A stretch of DNA of 64,000 bases, taken from assembly GCA_903879985.1 (NCBI GenBank), contig CAIRNR010000006.1:32505-96504 (forward strand). Reading direction: 5' to 3'. The position numbers and the translations under genes are program-made. Each line of letters starts with the position of its first letter. The first letter of the stretch is position 1. Under the pieces are notes generated by a model. That model was not told the DNA's origin, did not search any database, and worked only from the letters and a program-made list of their open reading frames with translations. Source of the DNA: an uncultured candidate division WWE3 bacterium (GTDB lineage Bacteria; Patescibacteriota; WWE3; UBA101185; UBA10185). Below, piece by piece: positions 18,844-27,852 of this stretch.

Positions 18844-19305
18844 GTGAAAACGATAAAGGCTACAATAGAAATTTTGGATAAGTTACATCAAGTACTGATG
18901 GAATGCGGTGAAACTGCCGAGATTACTGGGGAAAATAAAAAGTTTTACTTTATTGAAAAACCCAGCAGAGTAATCTCAAAGAGATCAAAAGGATTGGTAA
19001 TTTTGACCCCGGATGAAGTCCTAAATCTTCACCTGCAAAGACTTGACGGAGAAGATTTTGAAAAGTTTCTCAAAAATAGCACACTGGGAGATCAATGGGC
19101 GCCTGCAATACACACCATCTGGAACACATACAAACAACGTGCAGGTGTGGAAACAGTGGAGGACCATGCTGATAACTATAACCTCGGGCATGGATTAATT
19201 CGATACTGGTTCAAAACAGCACGAAAGAATTTATGGTACTGCGAAGTGCGCCAGAAGGAATCAGAAACGATAATGTCCAGGTATTTTCATTTTTACGGGT
19301 ACTAA
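18844..19305 (+). CDS. Hypothetical protein
   Basis: GTG start with SD AAAGGAG; bounded by the repeated elements. Confidence 0.75.
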   Translation: MKTIKATIEILDKLHQVLMECGETAEITGENKKFYFIEKPSRVISKRSKGLVILTPDEVLNLHLQRLDGEDFEKFLKNSTLGDQWAPAIHTIWNTYKQRAGVETVEDHADNYNLGHGLIRYWFKTARKNLWYCEVRQKESETIMSRYFHFYGY

Positions 19306-19330
19306 AAGTAATCAGAAAATGCGCAGTGTA

Positions 19331-19449
19331 ACAAGGGACAAACAGTAGCACAATTTTACTGCTTGTCCCCTAACTTAAGTCTATTTACCAAAGTAGGTTT
19401 AAGTTAGGAATTTAATCGCATACGATCTGATGCGAAATTATAAAAGGAG
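19331..19449 (+). repeat. Three-hairpin intergenic element, copy B
   Basis: GGGACAAACAGTA/TACTGCTTGTCCC; CCTAACTTAAG...TTTAAGTTAGG; TCGCA/TGCGA; SD. Confidence 0.9.
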
Positions 19450-19457
19450 AGACAGCT

Positions 19458-19691
19458 ATGCCAATGAAAATCGATAGTATGAAAGTGGGCGAAAAATACA
19501 AGATAAATGTTCACGACGAAGACAACAAGCCGCTAACCCTGGAATTCACCATCCTTGAAATAGATTGGTATCCAAGTGCCACGGGCAGAGGATTTTTCCA
19601 CGGCACGAAGGTTCAATTTACAACGGGAGAAATTGAAATCCTTCCATTTCTCGTGCTTGATTCCGCTGAAAAAGTAAAGGAAGAGGCATAA
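19458..19691 (+). CDS. Small hypothetical beta-rich (SH3-like?) protein
   Basis: SD AAAAGGAG; terminator follows. Confidence 0.75.
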   Translation: MPMKIDSMKVGEKYKINVHDEDNKPLTLEFTILEIDWYPSATGRGFFHGTKVQFTTGEIEILPFLVLDSAEKVKEEA

Positions 19692-19710
19692 GTTAATATC
19701 TGCACTAAAA

Positions 19711-19755
19711 GGGTCTTTGACAGTTAAAATGCTGCTAAAGACCCTGATTTTTTTT
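19711..19755 (+). terminator. Intrinsic terminator, related to hairpin 1 of the repeat
   Basis: GGGTCTTTGACAG/CTGCTAAAGACCC plus T8. Confidence 0.8.
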
Positions 19756-19815
19756 ATTCTTTAACAACACAAAAATTCCATTGACACTAGAAATTAAATA
19801 GAACTAAACTAAGAT

Positions 19816-20007
19816 ATGAAAAAGATTGCAATCTTACTTGGCATAATTATATTAATTTTAATGGCATATTTTTCGTATTCTTTCTTTTACATGAAATCCT
19901 TCTTAGGTAAACCTACTATTACTTGTGCCAAAGGAGAATATATACATCAAGGTCCTATTTGGCCAAATCCTAATTATTGTTGTCCAAAAGACACGATTTG
20001 TGACTAA
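19816..20007 (+). CDS. Small membrane-anchored Cys-containing protein
   Basis: MKK plus hydrophobic helix; 4 Cys in the tail. Confidence 0.65.
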   Translation: MKKIAILLGIIILILMAYFSYSFFYMKSFLGKPTITCAKGEYIHQGPIWPNPNYCCPKDTICD

Positions 20008-20050
20008 TAAATAAGTTAAACCTCTAATTCACGCGAACATCTTATAGCGT

Positions 20051-20079
20051 TTGACCTTTTATCCGAGTACAGCTACAAT
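20051..20079 (+). promoter_or_regulatory. Sigma70-type promoter
   Basis: TTGACC-17 nt-TACAAT. Confidence 0.75.
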
Positions 20080-20143
20080 ACCAAGCAATTGCAATATTAA
20101 CCGCAACAAATAAAGTAGCGGAATAAACGGAAACGGAGGAAAG

Positions 20144-20407
20144 ATGATCTTAAAAGATTTTGTTGAAGGAAAAGAGTACATATTATCCAATGTACCAGGG
20201 CTGACCACGTTTACCTTTGAAACAAACTCCGACAAACGTGTGCTTTTTACCGCGCCAGAAGTGCGCTTAAAGTTTTTGCAACCGAATCTGGAATTCGATG
20301 GCAATTACTTAACCTTTGAGGTTCTCGATGGCGAGCACAAAGGAAAGACAGTGGACATCATGGTGAGCAACGTCGACCGGATTTCTGAAAGCGAAAAGGA
20401 AAACTAA
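20144..20407 (+). CDS. Small hypothetical protein, paralogous to the C-terminal domain of the next gene
   Basis: SD GGAGG; aligns with the last ~85 aa of 20409-21080. Confidence 0.75.
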   Translation: MILKDFVEGKEYILSNVPGLTTFTFETNSDKRVLFTAPEVRLKFLQPNLEFDGNYLTFEVLDGEHKGKTVDIMVSNVDRISESEKEN

Positions 20408-20408
20408 C

Positions 20409-21080
20409 ATGCCTTGCATAAGAATTTGGGCAAAACAGCAGGACCTGGATAAAATTTCCACTACGCCACAACGGCTGGAAAGAATACAGGAAGCGTTGGA
20501 AGATTTACTGATGAAAACTTTGGCCGAAACATTGAGCCAAAACGGTAATGTTGTGACGCCGGATAAGATCGAAGTTGTGTGGGCCATTACTCAACGCACG
20601 CGCAACTCAGTGAATTATGCTGTGGACATTTTGTTTTCAGAACGAAGTGAAACTGGTGATCCTGGCTACATAACCGACCCGGAACTGCGACAGCAAATTC
20701 GTGATGAGATGCTGTACGCAGTAACCACGTTTCAAAAGTTACCTTTGAACGCTACGGTAGGTGTATGGGTCTGCCCGCAACTTGGTGGAGCATACACATC
20801 AGGACAATGCCAACCTGATATGGCAAAAGAAAGGTTTGTTCCAAAAAAGTATTACGTACTCCAGAATAGGGCGGGAACAAAAACCTTTGGCCTCGTGACA
20901 CGCACAAACAGTGTGGTCGCCTTGGCAGAAGGACACATAACAATGCGTTTTGTTGGATATACCCAAAAACCCGGAGAGGATCTGTTTTTGACCTTTAAAG
21001 TTGAAAGCGGCGCAAACATCGGTGAAGTCATTGATATACGACCATCAAATGCGCACAAGTTTGTTGAGTCGTACGTTTAA
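20409..21080 (+). CDS. Two-domain hypothetical protein: tautomerase-like N-terminus plus a domain shared with the upstream gene
   Basis: Starts MP-x-I-x-I; SD AAGGA. Confidence 0.7.
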   Translation: MPCIRIWAKQQDLDKISTTPQRLERIQEALEDLLMKTLAETLSQNGNVVTPDKIEVVWAITQRTRNSVNYAVDILFSERSETGDPGYITDPELRQQIRDEMLYAVTTFQKLPLNATVGVWVCPQLGGAYTSGQCQPDMAKERFVPKKYYVLQNRAGTKTFGLVTRTNSVVALAEGHITMRFVGYTQKPGEDLFLTFKVESGANIGEVIDIRPSNAHKFVESYV

Positions 21081-21093
21081 GTTTAGTACCAAA

Positions 21094-21131
21094 AACCCTC
21101 TACGGATGAGAAACGCAGAGGGTTATTTTTT
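21094..21131 (+). terminator. Intrinsic terminator
   Basis: AACCCTCTACG/CGCAGAGGGTT plus T-tract. Confidence 0.8.
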
Positions 21132-21154
21132 CCACCTACTGTTTTCGCTATAGG

Positions 21155-21183
21155 TTGTAAAGCAGCAAGCCTTATGTTATATT
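21155..21183 (+). promoter_or_regulatory. Sigma70-type promoter with extended -10
   Basis: TTGTAA-17 nt-TATATT, preceded by TG. Confidence 0.55.
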
Positions 21184-21325
21184 ATCCACAATCTAAACCA
21201 ACCTAGGAGGAAGGTGTATTGTTTTTAAACGTTGCGGTGACAACAGGGTTACTGCAAAGTTTGTTTTTTTTAACCCAGGTATTTAAATATTTGGGAACCT
21301 ATTCGAACCAAAAGGAAGGGTAAGA

Positions 21326-21673
21326 ATGTTATCAGCACGTATGTACTGGGACGGCAATTCATGGCATATGGAGTTGAATGAGAATAAAAAAATTCATTCG
21401 GCTACCACAACTCGAGCAAGAACAATTTCCGAGTTCCTGGGCATGGCTAAACAAACTGGATTGCCAGAAGATATTGACGCGTACGATGTTACACTGGAAA
21501 AAGTCATGGTGAAACCTCGTATCGGCGGCGATTGCATGGCAGGAAAAAGGTTGATTGTTGAAGTTTGCCCCTACTGTGGTAAGCAACACATTCACACCAC
21601 GCGCTTTGGGGCCGATGAAACAATGGATCGAATGGCAGACTGCGGGGGTGAATACACGCTAGACTGCAACTAA
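21326..21673 (+). CDS. Hypothetical protein with C-terminal Zn-ribbon (phage-like)
   Basis: CPYCGKQHIH...RMADC; SD AAGGAAGG. Confidence 0.75.
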   Translation: MLSARMYWDGNSWHMELNENKKIHSATTTRARTISEFLGMAKQTGLPEDIDAYDVTLEKVMVKPRIGGDCMAGKRLIVEVCPYCGKQHIHTTRFGADETMDRMADCGGEYTLDCN

Positions 21674-21711
21674 ATTAATCTACGAAACCTTAAAAACTTC
21701 GTAGAAACAAC

Positions 21712-21756
21712 AGGGAGCTACATCAAATAAAACTGATGCCGGCTCCCTTATTTTTT
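21712..21756 (+). terminator. Intrinsic terminator
   Basis: AGGGAGC..CATCA/TGATG..GGCTCCCT plus T-tract. Confidence 0.75.
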
Positions 21757-21798
21757 GGCCTTAACTATATTCTAAATATTAATGTGAAAAATTATGCA

Positions 21799-22200
21799 AA
21801 AAAATTGCCCCTTAGAACCATGTTATGGATTCGTTCGGGGCATTTAAAGAAAAAAGCAGGAGCGGTAGGAGTAGTGGTAGTGGTTTCTCTTCTGGTAGTG
21901 GTGGCGGTTCTAGTGGTAGCACTTCTATTAGCAGTAGTTTCGAATTTTACCCTTCAATCCCAGGCGTGGGTGTTTTCCATACTTGCAATGTCTTTCATAG
22001 ATTTAGTATGGGACCATCACATTTCCAACCTAGAGGTTACCTGTTAAGCTTCTCTTTCACTATTTGAGGTATATTCACTCAAACACCGACATGTCGTGAA
22101 ATCAACATAATCGGGAAGCTGGGCGCCGTAGATTCAGGCTGATGTTGGTATATTACCAGAAACCTATAGGTTTCGCAACCTGTACGAAGCCGGTTGCCCC
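21799..22200 (-). ncRNA. Candidate structured ncRNA (unassigned family)
   Basis: Consecutive hairpins, no convincing ORF, minus-strand terminator-like stem plus T7 at 21799-21842. Confidence 0.3.
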
Positions 22201-22244
22201 AATTTACTATTTATTTATTTTTCTCAGTGATATATCATTTATTA

Positions 22245-24416
22245 ATGAATACTGCCAAAAAGTTTATAGTATCCTTTTTAGTTCTTTCAGTAGCTTTCAC
22301 ATTATTTCCTCAAAAAACAACCAGCGCCGAAGCAGTGTTTGCCAGCGGTAACGGTACTGAAGGTACTCCTTATATGGTAAACGATTGTGTGCAACTCCAA
22401 CGAGTTGGAAATTATGTAACTTCATATTTTGAATTGGTAGGGGATATTGACTGTGCAGCAACTAATCCAAACGATCCATCTTTTGACATAACTTTACCCT
22501 GGCATGACCATTTAGGATTTAACCCAATAGGCTTCGATGCGCCATTTACCGGTCACTTTGACGGAAAAGGTTTTAAAATTAAAAATCTCTTTATAAACAG
22601 ACCAACAGAAACTGCTGTAGGACTTTTTGGAAATGTATCAGGTAGTGCGGAAATAAAAAACTTTACCATGGAAAACGGAAGTATAACTGGAGCACTACAA
22701 GTGGGATCACTAGCTGGAAATATTACTGGTTCAAGTTTAGTCCTAAACGTTACAAGTAATCTTAATGTAACAGCTTATTATGACGTAACCATACCCGGTA
22801 GTGGTGAAAAAGTTGGAGGATTAGTTGGCTATGTGGAAGACTCCCTACTAGATACAACATCATTTTCAGGTACAGTCACCGGATTACGCAGGATCGGGGG
22901 TTTAATTGGTTATGTAAATAACTGTACATTGAATTATTCACATAATTCGAGTCCTGTTTCAGGAGAGTACCTTGTAGGCGGACTAATCGGTGGAGGAAAC
23001 AGCACGAATATAAATTATTCATATAACACAGCAAAAATAACAGGAACATACACTGGCCCCACAGAAAATAAGGGAATAGGAGGGTTAATTGGTTCAGCAT
23101 TCACAATAAACATTGATAGTTCATACAACACAGGCATGGTTAAATCTATAGGAACCTTATATCTGGGAGGCCTTGCAGGTTCAGGATATTGGATCACACT
23201 TACAAAATCTTATAACGCCGGATATGTTAACGGCGACAGCGCAACACACACTGCCGGCGGTTTAATTGGGGCAAGTCTTACAGCAAATATGTCCGATTGT
23301 TATAACCATGGAAATGTTAAGGGATTTAAAAGAGTAGGTGGTTTAATTGGATTTGCGCCGGAAATAGATTTTTATAACTCATACAACAGTGGTAGCGTAA
23401 CTGCAACATTCACCGCCGAAGATACTAATACAGGTGTAGGCGGATTAGTGGGAGTAAATTCGGTAACCGGATTTAGTGGTCCGTTTAGCTATGCAAATAG
23501 CATTCAAATGGAAGGTACTTTTAATGTAGGTACAACCACAGGGGTAACACCAAACGGAGGTTTGATTGGTTCTTTGGGAGACATAGACAGCAAAGAAACA
23601 TATTTTTCCAATAATTGGTGGTTTAATACACAAACCAACGGCATCGGTAACGGAGAAGCCATTGGCTGGGACGAGCAAAGTGTTGAAGAATATGACAGAG
23701 CAAATTCTGCAGATGTATTTAAAAATACTTCTTCAAATGCCCCTATGTATGCATGGAATTTTAATGATGAACCACTATGGAGGGTAACCGATGCGTATCC
23801 TGTATTAATGGGCATCAATGCAGTTGATGTTTCTCAAGAAGATACTGCAGATATACCAGATACACAGCAAAGCACCGGTTCAACACATATAAAATTTACA
23901 ACCTCAAAAAGTTCCAGCGGAAAATACGACTTTGGAACAAAAGTAAAACTAACCAACGACGATGGTCACGAAATAAAATATCAATGGGTTAAAGGCTGGA
24001 CCAAAACCTATAATCCCGATAAATGGAAAGATTATAGTAACCCAACAAAAGCTCCAGTTGGTAAATATACATTGTATTTGAAAGTCGACGGCGATATTAG
24101 TCACAAGCATATTGAAACAAAAGCCTTAAGCACTATAAGCAATGCCAAAGCGACTATAGATTGGGTAAATAAATCAATTAAACTAACATGGGACATTAGC
24201 AATCCTAGCGCACTAAAAGAAGTTAAAATTTACCGATCGACAATTGAAAACTTTACACCAACAGCGTCCACGTTAATAGGTACAAATACTCCAACGGATA
24301 CAAACTTTTTTATGAACAGCGTGCACTCTTGGAATAACTACTACTATAAAATAGTTTCGTACGATATAAACGGAAAACAAATAGACACCAAGTCCGTGGT
24401 TGTTAAAGTACAATAG
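22245..24416 (+). CDS. Secreted GLUG-repeat surface protein with C-terminal FN3-like domain
   Basis: Signal peptide, G.GT...PY, FTGHFDG.G..I.NL, many VGGL(V/I)G repeats. Confidence 0.85.
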   Translation: MNTAKKFIVSFLVLSVAFTLFPQKTTSAEAVFASGNGTEGTPYMVNDCVQLQRVGNYVTSYFELVGDIDCAATNPNDPSFDITLPWHDHLGFNPIGFDAPFTGHFDGKGFKIKNLFINRPTETAVGLFGNVSGSAEIKNFTMENGSITGALQVGSLAGNITGSSLVLNVTSNLNVTAYYDVTIPGSGEKVGGLVGYVEDSLLDTTSFSGTVTGLRRIGGLIGYVNNCTLNYSHNSSPVSGEYLVGGLIGGGNSTNINYSYNTAKITGTYTGPTENKGIGGLIGSAFTINIDSSYNTGMVKSIGTLYLGGLAGSGYWITLTKSYNAGYVNGDSATHTAGGLIGASLTANMSDCYNHGNVKGFKRVGGLIGFAPEIDFYNSYNSGSVTATFTAEDTNTGVGGLVGVNSVTGFSGPFSYANSIQMEGTFNVGTTTGVTPNGGLIGSLGDIDSKETYFSNNWWFNTQTNGIGNGEAIGWDEQSVEEYDRANSADVFKNTSSNAPMYAWNFNDEPLWRVTDAYPVLMGINAVDVSQEDTADIPDTQQSTGSTHIKFTTSKSSSGKYDFGTKVKLTNDDGHEIKYQWVKGWTKTYNPDKWKDYSNPTKAPVGKYTLYLKVDGDISHKHIETKALSTISNAKATIDWVNKSIKLTWDISNPSALKEVKIYRSTIENFTPTASTLIGTNTPTDTNFFMNSVHSWNNYYYKIVSYDINGKQIDTKSVVVKVQ

Positions 24417-24421
24417 ATCGT

Positions 24422-24994
24422 ATGGATATTTTAATAGTAGATAACGGAACGGAACATCTTAGCGAACTAGAAAAAATATTGTCTCAACATAACGTGAGTG
24501 TTATTTCCAAAGAAAAACTTAATGCTACTGTCGTAGAAAAACACGATCTACTAATTCTTAGCGGCAGTATCCAATCACCTGTAATGGAAAAGCCTGAAAT
24601 ATATGCCAAAGAGATAGCTATTATCCAAAACAGCACCAAACCAATTATTGGTATTTGCATGGGATTTGAAATAATCGCTTACGCTTTTGGCGCGGAACTT
24701 AGAGAATTGCCATTTAAAGAAGAAAGCTTAATGGAAATAAAAGTAGTAAACAACGATTCTATATTTACACAAGATACTTACAAAGTAGAAGAACGCCACC
24801 GCTGGGTTGTAACAAGCGTGGTTAAACCGTTAGTGGCAATTGCAACATCAAAAGACGGTATAGAAGCCATAAAACATGAGGGTAAAAATATATACGGGTT
24901 TCAGTTTCATCCCGAAATATTCGACAACAACAACGAAGGCGCGGAAATATTTGTGAAGTTACTTGAAAAGCTTAGTCCCGTTAATACAATCTAG
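24422..24994 (+). CDS. Class I glutamine amidotransferase (stand-alone)
   Basis: IVDNG, LILSG, GICMG nucleophile elbow, QFHPE. Confidence 0.9.
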   Translation: MDILIVDNGTEHLSELEKILSQHNVSVISKEKLNATVVEKHDLLILSGSIQSPVMEKPEIYAKEIAIIQNSTKPIIGICMGFEIIAYAFGAELRELPFKEESLMEIKVVNNDSIFTQDTYKVEERHRWVVTSVVKPLVAIATSKDGIEAIKHEGKNIYGFQFHPEIFDNNNEGAEIFVKLLEKLSPVNTI

Positions 24995-25401
24995 TACAAA
25001 CCGTGATCGTTAAAACATTTCACGTATTTTTTATCCATATAATCCAGGTGATGCACCAACCAATCTTCGAGAAAATCCAAAAGCTCCGCACCAAAAGTAT
25101 ATACATCAGTACTATCTTTTTTTGCTATCAGCTTATCTAGTTGTGACAACAAACCTTTATGTGCGGCCTTATGTTCTGCGGTGCCTTCAAAATCAAATTT
25201 ATCAAAATATTCTTCCTCAGTTTTAAAGTGTAATACAGCATAATCGTGAATTTTGCCAAGAATATTTAGTATATCTTCAGAAGAACGTTTTTCGGCTACA
25301 AAACCATATGCTTCATTCAGTAAGGATATAAAATACTTATGCTGATCGTCGATTAACTTAACATTTACGCTGTAATCTGGAATCCATTCGAAATTTTTCA
25401 T
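24991..25401 (-). CDS. Bacteriohemerythrin
   Basis: W...YSV....IDDQH, HF..EE, H...H, WL..H....D..Y. Confidence 0.93.
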   Translation of the reverse strand: MKNFEWIPDYSVNVKLIDDQHKYFISLLNEAYGFVAEKRSSEDILNILGKIHDYAVLHFKTEEEYFDKFDFEGTAEHKAAHKGLLSQLDKLIAKKDSTDVYTFGAELLDFLEDWLVHHLDYMDKKYVKCFNDHGLY

Positions 25402-25486
25402 ACTAAAAGTATACACAATATTTACTCGGTTAGTGTATGTTTCACGCGATTCCTATATAATTTAATTAGGAAAGTAAACCTGCCCA

Positions 25487-27823
25487 ATGAAAATAAGATC
25501 CAAGATCGTAACAATATTTTTAGTTATATTTATAGTTATATTTGGTGTAGCAACAACAATTGAACTAAATTTTGCCAATAATCTTATATTTACCCAAATA
25601 TCTCAACACATAACTACCGCGTCAATTTGGCGATTTAATGCTCTAGAACTATACATAAAGGATCAAAAAGAAATGATTTCGTTAATGGGAGCAAGCACAG
25701 TTTTTAGAGATTTTTTAAACACAAACACTCAAGATAGGAATTATATATCCCAAAAAAACATAGCGGAGCAAAGATTGACCAGATCAATAAAAGAAACACC
25801 TCAAATTATTCAAATGTTTATCTTAAACACATCAGGCAAGGTAGTTGCATCCTCTAGTAAAGAGCATGAAGGAACCGATTTTTCCAATGACGATTTTTAT
25901 ACTCAAGCTCAAAACAAAACGTATTTTAAAGATATGTACAACTCAAAAGATGATCAAGCACTCGTATATGCGATTTCGACACCTATTAAAGATGATGCTA
26001 CAGGAAAAACCCTTGGCGTAGTTGTGGCAGAAATAGACACAACAGAATTGTACGCGTTACTACTAGACAGAAGTGGTATGGGTGATACAGGAGAAACCTA
26101 TATCGTAAATGGAAATGGCTTCTTTATTTCACCGTCTAGATTTTTGGACAACAGCATATTGTTAGCAAAGAAAAACACGACTCAAAACGTTACCGAATGC
26201 CTAAATAACAAAGATAATGATCCGAATATTGTTAAATTTTATACAGATTATCGTGGAATCCAAACAATAGGCACGCATAATTATATATCCGAAACCGGCT
26301 GGTGCTTGATTACAAAAATGGATAAATCTGAATATCTGGCTGAGAACACAAATTTATTAGAAATCGTTATTTTTATATTTTTGTGCGGCTTAACACTATT
26401 CACAATCTTTGGGTTCATTTTTTCAAAAAAGATCACTGAACCAATTGTTGCCCTTACCAAAGGCGTAAAAATAATCGAAGCAGGAGATTTAAATCACAAG
26501 GTAAGCATAAATACTAAAGATGAGACCGGAGAATTATCTGTAGCTTTTGATAATATGACTGATAAGTTTAGAGAAATTTACGACAATTTTGAAGATAAAA
26601 TTAAGCAAAGAACAAGTCAGCTGGAGCAGAGTAATAAAGAAATGTCCGAAAGAAATCACGATCTGGAAGAAACACGAAAAGCTATTCAAAATATCTTAGA
26701 TGATGTCGCTGCAGACAAAATTAAGCAAGATGTTTTACTAGCCGGAGTAGGTGAAGGCATTATAGCCACAGATAAATCTACGAACATAATTTTTGTAAAT
26801 AAAGCCGCCGAAGACGTTTTGGGATTTTCTTATCAGGAACTGATAGGAAGAAAATACAGCTCTGTTGTGAAATCGGTAGACTCCCACGGGGCAACTATAG
26901 AAGATAGTGATCGAATAATTAATAAGGTCCTAAAAACAGGTCTGTCTATTAAAACCGATGTACAGGCGGATTTATACTACGTAAAAAGAAATGGATCAAC
27001 ATTCCCTGTAGCAATTACTGTTACACCAATCATTCAAAAAAAAGAATTGACCGGAGAGATTTGCGTATTTAGAGACATTACCAAAGAAAAAAATATCGAC
27101 AGCATGAAAACAGAATTTATATCTCTAGCGTCACACCAACTTAGAACACCTTTATCGGCAATTAAATGGTACCTAGAAATGCTTATAGATGGCGATGCTG
27201 GTGAACTACAAAAAGAGCAAATGGAGTTTATAAACAACATTAACCTTTCCAACGAACGTATGATTGAACTGGTTAACTCCTTGCTAAACGTATCCAGAAT
27301 AGAGTCGGGAAGAATTATTATCGATCCACAACCAACCGATATAAAAGAGCTAATTAATAATACCGTATTTGAACTAACACAAAAATTCGAACAGAAAGAA
27401 ATAAGGCCACTATTAAGTATTAATCAAAATCTACCAGAAATTGATATTGATAAAAAACTTATCAGGCAAGTATTCTTGAATCTATTATCGAACGCTATTA
27501 AATACACGCCGACTGGCGGAGAAATTAGTATTTTTATATCAAAAGATAGCAAGGATTTAATTACCCAAATTACAGATAACGGTTATGGAATTCCAGCAAA
27601 AGATGCAGCCCGAGTATTCACAAAGTTTTACCGCGGAGAAAATATAATAAAAACCGAAACCGATGGTAACGGATTAGGATTATATCTAGTTAAAGCAATT
27701 GTTGAATCATCCGGGGGTAAAATATGGTACGAGAGTGAAGAAGGAAAGGGCACAACTTTTTGGTTTTCACTACCTTTGTCTGGTTCTACCAAAAAAGAAG
27801 GTTCTGTGTCAATTGACAGTTAG
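25487..27823 (+). CDS. Sensor histidine kinase (Cache-HAMP-PAS-HisKA-HATPase)
   Basis: Two TM helices, DE.G.L..AF..M HAMP, ASHQLRTPL, NLLSNAIKY, DNGYGI, GLGL. Confidence 0.95.
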   Translation: MKIRSKIVTIFLVIFIVIFGVATTIELNFANNLIFTQISQHITTASIWRFNALELYIKDQKEMISLMGASTVFRDFLNTNTQDRNYISQKNIAEQRLTRSIKETPQIIQMFILNTSGKVVASSSKEHEGTDFSNDDFYTQAQNKTYFKDMYNSKDDQALVYAISTPIKDDATGKTLGVVVAEIDTTELYALLLDRSGMGDTGETYIVNGNGFFISPSRFLDNSILLAKKNTTQNVTECLNNKDNDPNIVKFYTDYRGIQTIGTHNYISETGWCLITKMDKSEYLAENTNLLEIVIFIFLCGLTLFTIFGFIFSKKITEPIVALTKGVKIIEAGDLNHKVSINTKDETGELSVAFDNMTDKFREIYDNFEDKIKQRTSQLEQSNKEMSERNHDLEETRKAIQNILDDVAADKIKQDVLLAGVGEGIIATDKSTNIIFVNKAAEDVLGFSYQELIGRKYSSVVKSVDSHGATIEDSDRIINKVLKTGLSIKTDVQADLYYVKRNGSTFPVAITVTPIIQKKELTGEICVFRDITKEKNIDSMKTEFISLASHQLRTPLSAIKWYLEMLIDGDAGELQKEQMEFINNINLSNERMIELVNSLLNVSRIESGRIIIDPQPTDIKELINNTVFELTQKFEQKEIRPLLSINQNLPEIDIDKKLIRQVFLNLLSNAIKYTPTGGEISIFISKDSKDLITQITDNGYGIPAKDAARVFTKFYRGENIIKTETDGNGLGLYLVKAIVESSGGKIWYESEEGKGTTFWFSLPLSGSTKKEGSVSIDS

Positions 27824-27852
27824 CGTCGTAGCAAGTTATTATGGGATTAAAT

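Noticed and set aside
18717-19449. CRISPR array or classical integron
   Set aside because: The units are ~120 nt with whole genes between them, and no cas genes are present. The CCTAAC..GTTAGG hairpin is shorter than known attC sites, folds better on the top strand, and no intI is in the window. Kept only as an alternative hypothesis.
21736-22067. Val/Leu-rich (21736-22047) and Gly/Ser-rich (21825-22067) ORFs
   Set aside because: Alternative readings of one low-complexity tract, overlapping terminator-like hairpins, with no start signals
21799-22200. tmRNA, RNase P RNA or SRP RNA
   Set aside because: The 5' GGGGC and the size are tmRNA-like, but there is no T-arm/CCA end. No properly spaced RNase P conserved regions or SRP core were found.
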